DNA from: Phaeosaccion multiseriatum
Taxonomy: Eukaryota > Protista > Ochrophyta, other classes
Reading direction: 5' to 3'
Assembly (NCBI GenBank): GCA_965112735.1
Contig: OZ218954.1
Span: 3,968,001-4,032,000 of the forward strand
DNA: 64,000 nt
Under the pieces are notes generated by a model that made no database searches, had not been told where the DNA came from, and saw only the letters and a program-made list of their open reading frames with translations. Below are positions 18,913 through 31,588 of the stretch, one piece after another; positions within the stretch are counted from its first letter, which is position 1, and every line of letters starts with the position of its first letter. The translations under genes were made by a program, and so were the position numbers.

Positions 18913-21900
18913 TTAGGAGTGACAGGGGGGTTGGAAGGCTGAGCCGCAGTATCTACACAGCAGCGTCGAGCCATCCTCCTGCGGCAGACACCACCGCCCC
19001 CCATTGGCACAGGCCTCATCTACTTCGCACTGCTGGGGTGGGCTTCCCTTACCGCAACTCATGCGACCGTCGCACAGACTGCTCGAGCCTTCTGACGACT
19101 GCTGCGTCTGCACGGAGTTATTCGAGGAGGAAGAAGAAGAAGCGCAAGTGCGGAAGGGACCGAACGAGCAGTAGCGACACGTGGTGTCGTGAATACAGCC
19201 GAGTCCCCCCTGTGCGCAGGGGGCGTGAGCCTCGCACGTCTGCCCGTTCTGTCCACATCCGCCAACGCCTACACAGGGCGAGAAGACGGTTGGACGTGAA
19301 GGCGGTGTCACTACTTCGTTGTCCGCAGGAGTAACGCAGTCCGGAAGGATGGGATGGTCTCCGCAGTATCGACACAACGTCTCGTGGATACAACCCAAAC
19401 CACCCTGGGCACAGGCGGGGAAGACCTCACAGGTGTAGCCGCGCCCACATGAGCCCACGTCCTCGCAGTCGCCGAGAGAGACGTTTGGAGGCACGTCCGG
19501 AGGTGCAGGTTGTACCGAAGGCTGCAGAGTTGGTGGCGATGTTACTCGAGGAAGAGGCAGAGGGGAAGGCTGGGGTGTTGGTGGAGCGGTCGGTGCTGCC
19601 ACAGGTCGAGGGGTCCACTGGGGGGTGTTGTCGGGCTCCGTGGGACAGTCGCCGCCTCCCCCGTCGCAGGGAAGGTTGTAGAAGACGTGCGGGGAGGCGC
19701 TGTGGTTGATGATGTACAGCTCTCCCGAGTTGTCCTCTGCAAAGGCCGACATCTGTGGGTGCGTGAGTGCGTGCGTGCGTGAGTGCGTGCGTGCGTGAGT
19801 GAGTGCGTGCGTGAGCTTCATTCATGTGCGCACGCACACATTCACACGAATAACACATGCGTGCGAGTCAAAGAAAAGGCCCACACAAACTCTCCCTCCC
19901 TCCCTCCCTCCTTCCCATATGCCTCTACTCTCCCTCACCCTGGCCTCGTCGAAGGTCCACGTCTCGACAAGTGCGCCGGAGGTGCTTCCGATCTGCGCGA
20001 TGCCTCTCTGAATGTAGTCCCCGAAAAAGTAGTCGCCCTGGAAGTTGGGGTACTTGAACCCGCGATACACGTAGCTAAGGGTGGGGAGGGCGAGAGAGAG
20101 CGCAGAGGAGAGAGAAAGGGGAGAGGAAAGAGCGGAGAGCGGAGGACTTGTATCAGTCAATGATTTGGGCGCCACTCGAGAGTGCGACGCTCATAGAGAG
20201 GGCCATGCATGCCAGCTGTGAATCGGCTCCCCCTTGAGCACAGCCTGCCTCCTCCACTTCCTCCACCTCCCCCCTCCATCCTGCCTTTCTCCAATGCCTC
20301 ACCCGCCCGTGACGCTGAAGCCCGAGAACCCTCCGTCGCAGGTAACCATTGAGGTACCGGGGTGGCAGTACTCGAAGAGAGGGTTCACCACCCCAGAGCA
20401 GCTCCCTCCCGTGCACGAGCCCTGTGAGGGTAGGTGGGTGTGTAGGTAGGCATGTTGGTGATCCCGTCGTCACAGACAGGCAGAACGATGGGCAAGCCGG
20501 GGGTGCGCTTTTCCTTTTCCGTAAGTCACAACAAGGGCACGGTGGGGTAGAGGGCACACACACTCATACTCATACTCATACTCACACACACACACCCTCT
20601 CACACTGAGTCACTGAGTCACAGAGTCACTTTTGCACTGACCTCATATGTGTTCCACCCGTGATTGTCTCCCCGCCGGATTTCCACGATCTCCTCCACTC
20701 GGTTCTGTGCATCCACGGGGCGGGGCGTCGCACGCGTGGGGGGGGGGGGGGGACACAAACACAGACACAGAGAGAGAGAGAGAGAGAGACAAGAGAGATG
20801 ATGATGATGAGCAGTGCAATGAAGAAGAAAATGAAGAAAATATCACAGAGCAGAGAACACGTCGCATAGTACAGCGGCATCTTCCATACCCCCGTTTAGC
20901 TGTCGCTCACCTGCCCCACGTCCCCGCAGAAGAGCCTTCCATCCTCCCTATCGAAGCTGCACCTCCAAGGGTTGCGCAGGCCCCGAGCGTGCACCACAAG
21001 GGAAGCAGCGGCAGAGGAGCCGGGCAGCGATGACACTGTCGCAGTCAGCATCTTGCCCAGGAAGGAATCGGCGTTCTGAGCATAACCCTGTGTGTGTTAG
21101 AGGGAGGGAGGGAGGGAGGGGCGGGAGGGAGGGGAGGGAGGGAAGGGAAGGGAAGGGAAGGGAGGGAGTGAGAGAGGGAGGGAGAGGGAGAGAGAGAACG
21201 AAGGAGGGGGGCATGGGTGGGGGGAGGAGAGGAGGGAGGTCAGCGTGAGAACAAAGCTCTGGGCTCTGTCTGCCTGCTTGTCTTCCCATACGCCTGCCTG
21301 CCCATATGCCTGCCCATGCGCCTGCCCTACCTGCGGGTCGTTGGCTCCTCCTCCGTCCCCGGAGCTCACGAATAGCGTGTAGAAGCCTCCCACTTGCGCG
21401 TCTAATTGCATGGGTCAAGGGAAAGAGTGCATGGGTCAAGGGAAGGGGCCGGTTGAGTGCGTATGCTCGCCACTTGAGCCTTGCACCTCGAGCTTTAAAG
21501 AGAATTTAGAAACTACTGCTACTACGTACTTCTACGTACCTATGGGGCTAAATCCAATCCAACCACCGTTGTGGTTAGCCGCTGGATTGGGGAGAGTGGC
21601 CACTCGCTCTCCAGAGGCGAACGACACCCTACATGCACCCGTTGGTTATTCAGTGGTTGGATGGATGAAGCGGGTAGGACAGAGGAGAGGAGAAGGAGAA
21701 GACAGGTTGGTGGGAGGTAAGCAAGAGGACATGCGCGTTGATGGTCAGGAGGGTGCCTTTGGCTGCAAAGGATGTGAAGCAGCCACAACAAAAAAAAAAA
21801 ACAAAAAAAAACGCACGCACGTACGCACGCACGCACGTACTCACGTGCTGCCGGAGTAGAAGAAGCGCTCCACGACGTTTCCTTCTTGTGCTGTGAAGTA

Positions 21901-23673
21901 CAGAAAGAAGCAGCCTGACACTTCGAAATCCGGTGCGAAGGCGAGACCCAGCAGCCCTCGCTCGTCTCCGGGAGCGCTGCCTGTTTGTTAGGGAGAGTGG
22001 GCGGAGAGACACCCAACAAGAAGGAGTCGGTTGGAGACACATACGTGCGTGTGTGCGTGCGTGCCTGGTGAGTAGAGTAGAGTAGAGCAGAGCAGAAAAG
22101 AACAGAGGCACATTTACCCCCTTACCTCCTTGCACGGCTCCGCTGTCGGCCATGATTTCCGTAACGGCATTTACGGAGGCAGTGTTGTCCACAGACACGA
22201 TGCTGCCTGTCTGCACCAACACCCACCACTGGTTGCTCCCGGGGGGCATGTAGGCGCCTGTGATGGGCCCAGGGATGCCTCCCTCAAGGCCGGGGTAGGT
22301 GGGGGTGAGGCCAGAGGAGGAGGAGGGGACGCCGAAGCTCTTGTCCGCCGCCGTGAGGGGAAAGCTCTGCGGGTAGTCGGGCTCTTGCGTGTACAGAGAG
22401 AGGAAGGACTGCCCCCCTGGAGTATGAAGGAGCAGCGAGGATGCAGGAAGGGAGGGGAGAGAGGGAGGGAGGGAAGGAGGGAGTCAGTCGAAGCGACATG
22501 CCTAGCCCGCTGTCTGCTCTCCGCTGTGTGAGTATTCTACCCTGCCCTGCCCTGCCCATATGCACAGCAGCAGCAGCAACCACAGCAGCTGGTGGTACGC
22601 TGGTCCGCCCCCCTCTATCTTTGCAATACGCTTACTCCACTCCACTCCACTCCACTCTCCCCTCCCCTCCCGCTGCTCCCTTCTATCCGTGGCCGTGGCG
22701 CTTTGGTTTGATATGCCCCGACTAAAGGCCCTGATGGTAGTAGGCCCAAACCAAGCAGACTCGCCTGTGAGTGACGCCGGGCAGCCTGACAAGTAAGCCG
22801 CTCCGAAGCTTTGCTTGACATTGGCCCCCTCGGTAGTGAGGGAGGCGTAGCTCACGGAGTCAGGGGCTGTCTGGTAGATGTGGCTGCTCCAAGGGTCACA
22901 AGGGATACAAAGGAACTCTCGGTACAGCTCTGGGGTGAGGAGAGAGGGGGGGGGACGGAGGGAGAGGGGGGGGTGGGGAAAGGGAGGGTGGGAGAGAGGG
23001 AGAGAGGGAGAGAGGGTGGGGGGGCACATGGATCAGTGGTCAGTTGGGCCGAGCAGAGAGCCACGGCCATGGGAAGGGAGGACATGGGTTGGCTGGGGGG
23101 GGCGGGGATTCAGTCAAGCCGTAGAAGACAAGATAGAAACACACCACGCAGGGCAACACAATATAGAAGCGTCGCACTGGACAGAGTTGAGACATCAGAG
23201 GGTAGGGAAGCTGCCTGCCTGCCTGCCTGCCTTGTGCCCGGTGGGCCACTTCGGCAAAGAAGTATATACATTGGCCGAACCCAGGCCTGCCACATTCCCT
23301 GCCAACGTTTACCCTCCACCCACCAGCAGCAGTAGAGCAGCAGCGACAGCATCACCCCCTCTCCCCCTTCCTCTCTCTCTCTTTGACCTCCATCCCGCCA
23401 CTACCCACCTTGGCACTCGATGTCAAGGCTCAGGACTTCCACCTGTTCCTCGAATGTGTTCCGGAGGGCGTTGTCCTCCGAAAACGAGCAGCAAGTGCCC
23501 TCTGCATTGTCGTATTGAGAGCAGAATCTGCCGCCGCTGCCCGAAGTGGGGGGCAAGAAGCTTGCCTGTGTCCGGGGGGAGCACTGTGGGTGGGCCTCCG
23601 TGGTGTGGGTGATGATCACGAGGAGGAGGGGCAGGAGAAGATGCTGGAGCTGGGGGAGAGGTGGGGCACACAT
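18913..23673 (-). CDS. Secreted HIPL1/HHIP-like protein: folate-receptor-like Cys-rich domain, glucose/sorbosone-dehydrogenase (GSDH) beta-propeller, and three C-terminal Cys-rich modules
   Basis: Signal peptide then HPQC..FCSQY..TCCS..EFLCIPCDPWSSHIY. Propeller motifs ERGLLGLAFAPDF, NHNGGWIGFSP, SSGDGGGANDP, GLRNPWRCSFDR, GDVGQNRVEEI, NHGWNTYEG, SVTGGYVYRG, YFFGDY, SAFAEDNSGELYI are spread over ~11 exons. Confidence 0.9.
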
Positions 23674-24683
23674 GACCGAGCTACTACTCCCACTTGTAAC
23701 TAGTCGCAAGCTGTGATAATCCTATTTGGCTCTGCTGCTCCCCAGTTTCTGCTCCTGTTGCCCGTGGCTGGCTCTGAACCGTTGCTGTTTTCTGTTGCCT
23801 CGGGTAGATCTTCCAGACCAGAAAGATGGGTATAGTGGTGCAGCATGCACCGCCTCCCTAAGCACTGACCAGCAGGCCGACTCACAGCCACGGGGCAGCC
23901 CTCGCACGCCTGGCGTTTGCTGTACCTCTGCTTGCTGCTCCTGCAGCTGACAGGTCAATCAAGGGTTGCTAGTTTGATTTGGAAGCTTTCTTTCTCTATC
24001 CGGCTCACTCTGCCCTCTTTCCCATCCCTCTCTATCCCTCGCGTGCTCTGCTGTGAAGTGCGTGGCTGTCCTCAACCCGCTGATCCTACTCCGCGACGGT
24101 CCTTACCGTCCGTTATACGCGAAGGTTCGCAAGCCACATACGACGGCGGGGAAAGGAAAGTGATCGGTCGTTGACTTACTATATATTCCGGCGTAACCGA
24201 CGCTCCGCGAGGGGTATTGTGTTGTTGCTGACCTCTCGTGGCTCCCCTCCTCTCCGCTCTCATCATTCCATTGTTCTAAAGAGTGCTGATGGCGTGGTGC
24301 ATTTCTATCATTGATTTCTACACATCGAGTATTTCTATACCAAGGCCCCCTCTTGCGCAGCCACCGGGGTTTCAATTTTTGACCGTAGTGCGGCTCTACC
24401 CTCAGGAGCCGGGGGTAAAGTGGGGTTATCGGCAGCGAGGGAGGCACCTCTGTGGTATTGCGTACGTGTCCTCGTGGCCAACAACAGTTGAGGCCCAGGC
24501 TCCATCCAATTTTTTACCTGCTCATTAGCCCTCTCCAGCAGGTCGATCGATCAATCGGCCAATCAGCCCCCCTGCTCACCACGCTTCTCTCCTTGCGCCT
24601 CCGCCCTGTCCTCCTCCTCCTCCTCCTCCTCCTCCCGGCCGTCCCCGCCGCTTCTCCGCCCCGTCCGCTGCCCCGTCCTTCTC

Positions 24684-27142
24684 CTAACCCTCCCCCTCCC
24701 CTCCTCCTTCTCTCCGCCCCGTCTCCACCACCTCCTGTATCACCAACTGCTGCACTTCCTCCACTCTGTCGAAGTCTCTATCATCATCAAGGTCCAATCC
24801 CCCACCTCCTCCTCCTCCTCCTCCTCCTGCCCCACCCCTGCTGCTGCTACTGGTACCAATCTCAATAGCTTCAGGGCTATAGAACGCCATGCGTGGGTGC
24901 TTGCCGTCTCCTTCTGACGGCACCTCCTCCCACCCAACCTCCCTGTATGGAAGAGTAAGGGTGCGTGGGGGGGGGGGGGCAGAGGGAGAGACAGAGACAG
25001 AGACAGAGAGAGACAGAGAGACAGGGGGTGAGAGTGAGACGGACGCAGAGGAGGGGGGGAGGGGGGCAAAGAGAGCATCTATATACCCAGACACAGACAC
25101 AGGGGGAGAGATGGATTCACACACAGAGAGCGAAAGAGACGGATACAGAGTGTCAGGACAGGGGCCAAGACACCCCCTCCCCCGTCCTCCCCCTGCCCTT
25201 TCTCACCCTGGCTGCTGCTGCTGCCTGTCCAGGAGTAAGGAGGGGTCCTGTGCTTCCATCCCACGCATCTCCGCTTCGATGGCCCGAAGCTCCTCCCGCT
25301 GCTTCTGCTCCTCCACCTCCTCCTCCTCCTCCTCCTGCTGCTGCTGCTGCTGCTGCTGGCTGTACTGTCGCTGCTCCTGGCTGTAGCCCAAGGAGGTCGA
25401 CTCCTCTGCCTCCTCCTCCTCCTCCTCGTCCTGCCCCCGTTGCTCCTTCCCCCGCTCCTCCTCCTGCTGCTCCGCCGCCCCCACCTCCATCGCTTGACAC
25501 ATGAGCTGCGGAACATTGTGGCGAAGGGAGGAAGGAGGAGCAGTACACATGAAGGGATGTTACCATCGCATTGGCAGTGAGGCAGTGAGGCAGTGAGGCA
25601 GTGAGACTGTGAGACATGGGTCCTACTCTCGAGGCGGGTGAGTCGCCTTCAAAGAGCAGCAGCGCCCCCTGTATCTCTCCTCCAGTTACAGTTTCGTAGC
25701 CCTGTCCCAGACTTGTACTGCCTTCACTGCACTGACTGCCAGACTTCCTGACTGACTTGACTGACCGAAACCCTGCCTTGTTGCCTACCGAGCTGACAGG
25801 CACCAGGTGCTGACTAAGCCGCCCCTGCCTTCCTCGACAGGTTAACTGACTGACTGACACCAGTTTCTGACTGACTGACTGACTGACTGACTGACTGACT
25901 AACCTGTTGGAGTAGAGGCTCGGCGAGAAGCTTCTTCTCGTCATCCTCTACGGCCTCCTCTCCGGCGTTCATGATGTGCCCCATCAGCGCCACACGTGAG
26001 GGGGTGCTCTCCGCCTGATGATGACGGCCATCAGAGAGAGGGAGAGGGAAAGAGAGACAAGAGAGAGAGGGGGGGAGAGAAGGAGACGAGCGAGAGTGTG
26101 AGAGCGCCCGTTACCCCCCCCTCCTCCTCCTCGCCCCCTCTCCTCCTCTCCTATGTCCCATGTAATCGCAAACTGCAACTGCAAGTTTGAGATTGAGCGT
26201 GACTCACCCAGTTGGCCTCTGCAGCGAGCACGCTGAGGGTCTGTTTCATTCCGTAGTGCTCCAGGAACTCACACACGAGCTGCAGCCCTAACCGGCCTCG
26301 AACAGTGCTGCTCGTTGATGATGTACGGGGGGCAGCGAGGGGGTGGGGGGGCGGGGGTGAGACAAAGGACGGCAAGCTTAGAGAGAGAGAGAGTGAGTGT
26401 GTCACTCTGTCGTGATGCGGCGAGAGAGCAACAGGAGAACAACAGGAGAGGGAGAGACAGAGCATGCGTTAACACTTTTAAGCAACCCCTCCCCCACCCC
26501 TTACCTGCGCCAACACGCACGCACCCACCCACCGCCACACACACTCACACCCACACCCACACCCACACCCACACCCACACACACACGCACACACACCCGA
26601 CCTACCTGGTGAGGGCCTGCTTTTTCTTGTTCCTGTTTGCATACGCGTTGGTGCCTTCGTATTCGTCAATACATGAGAACACGGCTGCTCGAAGCGTAGC
26701 TCGGACCTGCCGTCAAGCAGAGTCAGTCGGTCAGTCAGTCAGTCAGTCAATCAGTCAATCAGTCAGTCAGCCAGTGGCATTGACCGGAAGACTCGAGTAC
26801 GAGCGACTATACGGGCAGAAGAGTCAGGCCTAGGCAATGCCCGCAGATGCGCGCAGCAGTGGGGAGTACAAAAGACGCGTCCCATTTAACATAATAAAGC
26901 CCCCCTCACCTCTCTCCCCGACGCAGTCACCCACACACACACAGACAGGTAGACAGGCCGGCAGGCAGGCAGACAGAGAAACATGGTAGGAATCCACTCA
27001 GTGCACTCACGGACCAACGCAATCCACTCACCTCTGCCAGCACGCCTCCGGCCTCGAGCGCGTCAGTGACGGCGTCCTTGAGACTCAAGTCCTCCTCCTG
27101 CAGGGCCCGCATCTCCTCCTCCTCCTGGTCAGAGTACTCCAT
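24684..27142 (-). CDS. FOP/CEP43 (FGFR1OP)-like centrosomal LisH protein, multi-exon
   Basis: LKDAVTDALEAGGVLAE|VRATLRAAVFSCIDE..|GRLGLQLVCEFLEHYGMKQTLSVLAAEA matches the FOP dimerisation/LisH N-terminus. Acidic C-terminal exons are less certain. Confidence 0.78.
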
Positions 27143-27943
27143 CGAGCTCCCGTTCTTTTATCTATTGCCTGTCCCGCAGGTACTTCCCCCTTGCGCCTTG
27201 ACCCACCCGCCTTCTCCCAAACCCTGTGCTCTCCCTCCACTCCCCGGCTCTGATCCTCCTGCCCCTCTCTCTATCTTTAGGGCGAGTAGGAGGCGCTGGG
27301 TGTCTCCATGCTTCTCCGCCCTCGCACCGTGGGGCTTTTCTGTACCCAGATAGGCCTTTGCTCTGTGATTGACGGTCGTTGGGGAGGGAAAGGGGAAGGA
27401 GGGGACGCGAGCAGGGACACAGATAGAACGAGAAGGGACAGAGTGGCAATAGGGTGGTTCAGCAGATGCTGCCATCCTCGTATACGTGGAGCCTGCCCAC
27501 TTGCACAACTCTTTGGAAGGTATCGTCTCGCATTGAGCAACCGTCGAGTAGAAAATGCTCACCCTTCTTTCCGCCCCTGATGGGAAGATCCTGCCTTGGC
27601 CGTCGGCAAAGAGCTCACAAAAGGAAGCAAGAGATAGTTGGGGTGATCTTTTTCTATGGGAGGGAAGGTTCTCTTTTTTCTCTATTTCAATGGCACGATA
27701 GATCGACAGAGGGCTTGCCAAGCCGGCCCATAATCCTCCAACTGTGTGAGTGCGGGCGTGGGCAATACTCTCCCCGCACTCGATCCTCATCCCACAAATC
27801 CAAAGCGCTATATACGGATCTACTCGGAGGAGGGCGAGTGAGGGAGGAGCGGTAGGGCAGGGGCAGGCATCGAAGAAGGAGGGATAGCCAAAGCCTCCAG
27901 AAAGCCAGTTTCTTTCTCTACAGACCGAGGGGGACAGTAGGCC

Positions 27944-28366
27944 ATGGCGAGGCTGCAGCGGCTTCCGCCAGAGGTCAACCGCGCCCTCTATGTGCGGAAC
28001 CTACCCTTCAAGATCACAGCGGAGGAGATGTACGACATCTTTGGCAAGTATGGGGCCATCAGGCAGGTGCGAGTTGGGGACAAGCAGGACACACGAGGGA
28101 CGGCCTTTGTGGTCTATGAAGACATTTACGACGCAAAGCAGGCGGTGGACCACCTCAGCGGCTTCAACGTGTGTGGGCGGTACCTTGTGGTGCTCTATTA
28201 CCAAGTGAGTAAGATGCAAAAGAGGGCGGACACCAAGACAAAGGAGAAGGAGTTGGCGGAGATTCGTGCCAAGTATAAGGCAGACAAGGAGGCGGACGAG
28301 GCGGAGAAGGCAGCAGCAGCAGCGGCGGCGGGGGGAGGAGGTGGAGACAGTGCCTCCGCGAGCTAG
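27944..28366 (+). CDS. SF3B6: Splicing factor 3B subunit 6 (p14), RRM protein, intronless
   Basis: [77 protein letters not shown] is near-identical to the p14 consensus. Confidence 0.97.
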   Translation: MARLQRLPPEVNRALYVRNLPFKITAEEMYDIFGKYGAIRQVRVGDKQDTRGTAFVVYEDIYDAKQAVDHLSGFNVCGRYLVVLYYQVSKMQKRADTKTKEKELAEIRAKYKADKEADEAEKAAAAAAAGGGGGDSASAS

Positions 28367-29669
28367 CACTAGGTTCCCAGACTCACGAGACTACCGGCAG
28401 GAGGGGGGTGGGTCGAAAACCCTAGTCCTGTCGGAAACGTGGAGTTTTTGTACATACTGTTGGTGAGGGGGCAGCACCGCACCAGCAGCGGCAAATGGGG
28501 CTGTGGGGAGAGGAAATGAATCGCTCTATGTCCTGACGCTGCGGGTGACTTCAGCGGCAGACTCACTATGAAGCAGAGAGCAGCAGCACGAAGATCTGTC
28601 GGTGGAGGCAGTGTTGGTCGTTGGGAGTGAATGAGGGCATGGGTAGGATTCTGGACGAGCATTTAAGAGGCACACATACACGGACACAAAGCCTCGCGCG
28701 TTAGTGCTCCGAGGGAAGAGGAAGCTCCCCTTGGCACTGCAGAGCGCGCCTTCTTTCTATGCAGGAGCCTCTCCCCCCCCCCTTCTTCCTCTCCATCTCC
28801 CTCTATGCCTCTCTTCCATCTCTCGATCTCTCTTCCCCTTTCTCTCTATCTCTCTCTCTCCCTTGATCTCTTTCTCGCTACTTACGCCTCCCACTGAGTC
28901 GACGAGCTACCATGAGTTGCCATCGCGGCCAGAGGGAGGGAGACGGAGCGGGTCCGACGAGGACGAGACCCGATGGGTGCATAGAGCTCCGAGGTCGACT
29001 TTAGAGCTAGTGCGCCGAGGTCCGCCTTGTGTATCCACGCGATCGAGCTCTGCATCCCGTCATACATTGCGAGAAAGGAGGGGGGGGGGAGGGGCATGTG
29101 CACGGCGCGCGAGTGGAGAGGGAGAGGGGAGAGGGAAGAAGAGGACATGCGAAGAGGAGGGAGGGAAGAGGACATGCGAAGAGGAGGGAGGGGAGAGGCT
29201 GCACAAGAGAGCGCGAGAAGGGCAAGGGAAGGAGAGGACCGCCGCCCACGCGCCCACTGACACGAGACTTTGGAAGCGGAGATCGACCAGTAGAACTTTA
29301 TATACAATGCAGTCGTCGTCATCATCATCATCATCGTCGTCATCGATTCTCGGTCTCGAATGCCCCAATGATGGATTTGGTCGAATGATAGAGGTGGAAT
29401 ACCCGTACTCCAATGAAAAGGCCCCAATCAATGATCGAATGATAAAGGATGGAATGCTTCAATGATAACGCCCCAATCAATCAATGATCGAAAGCTCTGA
29501 ATGCTCCTCCTTCACTGGAAGGAGGGCACCGGTGGTGGTGTGTGGTGATTTGTTCCTTCTCCCATCTCCCCCAACCTGGGCAACAGAGGCGCTGTCCCTC
29601 CCCACTTCCCTCCGTCTTCCTCCTCCTCCTCCCTTCCCCGCTCCTCCCTGTATCACCAACTTGTGCACT

Positions 29670-31542
29670 TCACCACTGCTCCCCCACGGCCTCTTGCCCA
29701 CCCCTCTTCTTGCCCCTGCCCTTGACCTTCTTCATGAACCGCTGCGGTGTAAAGGGCCCAATGTCCACAGTGGAGGCCTTTCCGTCCACCAGCAACTCGC
29801 TCATCAGCAGGCCGGTCACAGGGCCCCACAGAATGCCCCAGCAGTTGTGCCCTAGAGAGAGAGAGAGAGGAAGGAAGGGGGAGAGAGAGACAGAGGGAGG
29901 GAGGGAGGGAGGGAGGGAGGGAGGGAGGGGGGGAGGGAGGGAGGGAGGGAGGGAGGGAGGGAGGGAGGGAGGGAAGGAGGGAGGGAGGGAGGGAGGGAGG
30001 GAGGGAGGGAGGGAGGGAGGGAGGGAGGGAGGGAGGGAGGGAGGGAGGGAGGGAGTGAATTTCAGAGGCTTGGAGGTGCGGGTTGCGTTGGAAGTAAGTC
30101 AAGTGGAAGAGAGGCAAGGGGTGAGTATCAGCCCATTGAGTTGTTCAGTTTCTTTCCCCAACGGGACTGCGCGACCCCTTTCGCATATCAGCCCGCTCTT
30201 CTGACCGATACGGTACTGGATGAAGGTCTAACTAAAGTGAAACTCAAACCTGCGCTCATGTAGGCCCCGTCCACCCCGGGGATGGCCCCCATGATCGGGA
30301 GGCCGTCGGGGGGGCATGGCCGCATGCATGACTGAGTGACGTCAGGCCCTCCGTCACCCTGTGACGTCATTCCGCTGAAGGAGCGGGAGGCTGCTGCCAC
30401 TCGCTTGGGGTCGGGCTGAGGGGAGGTGGAGGGGGCGGGGCGGCGGGGGGTAGAGAGAGGGAGGGAGGGAGGGAGGGGGGAGGGACGGAGGGAGGAGAGA
30501 GCGGAGTTGGAGAGGAGGAGGAGGAGGAGGAGGAGGAGGAGGAGGAGGAGGGGGAAAAGGGGGAGGAGGAGGAGACGAGGAGGAGGAGGAGGAGGAGGAG
30601 GAGGAGGAGGAGGGGGGAAAGGGGGAGGAGGAGGAGGAGGAGGAGGAGGAGGAGGAGGAGGAGGAGGAGGAGGAGGAGGAGGAGGAGGAGGAGGAGGAGG
30701 GAAGGAGGAGGAGGATGAGTTGGAGGAAGAGAAGGCTGTAAAGACGGGCTCTGAAGCCGCGCGTTTCAGGCCTAAAGGTGTTACGCAAAGTGGGAGCAGC
30801 AGCAGTTGGTGATACTACTATATGAGACCTGCTGCCTTGCCCCGGGGCCTGCCCTCGTCCCCTCCCTTCCTCCCTCCCTTCCTTCCTTCCTTCCTCCCTT
30901 CCTTCCTTCCTTCCTTCCTTCCTTCCTTCCTTCCTTCCTTCCTTCCTTCCTCCCTTCCTTCCTTCCTTCCTTCCTTCCGTCCTCCCTCCCTCCCTCCCTC
31001 CCTCCCTCCCTTCCCTCCCCTCGCCTCCGTCCCCTTCCTCTGCCCAACCTTGATCAGAGAGGGGTCTGCGCAGTCTCCCCCGTCTCTAAGGCGATCCCCA
31101 TTGACATAATCACTCCCTCCACATCCGCAAATGTACACTTCGCCATTCGGGCGGGGGTACACCTGGGAGTCAAGGCAGGAGGGATGGCAGTGGATGAGTA
31201 CGCGAGGGGATGGCAGTTGATGGGCAGGGGGGGAAGGGGCGGGTTGGCGAGGGTATTGAAGTACTTCCATGGAAAAACAACCAAGCAAGCAAGCAAGCCA
31301 GCCAGCCAGCAAGCAAGCAGCAGGCAAAGCAAGTAAGTAAGTAAGCGGGTAAGCAGAAGCAATTCCCCCTCCTCTCTCCTCTCCCTACTCACCTCCAAAT
31401 GGCAGCTGTTGGAGTCCTCCCCGCAGAAGAGCGCATAGGGCTCTGCGGCCACGTCCTGCCTGTCTTTGTACACCAGAGACGTGCTCTTGACGCCGTCCAT
31501 GGGGAAGGCTCCGGGCAGGTCGAACCTTACGTAATCATCATG

Positions 31543-31588
<46 letters not shown>

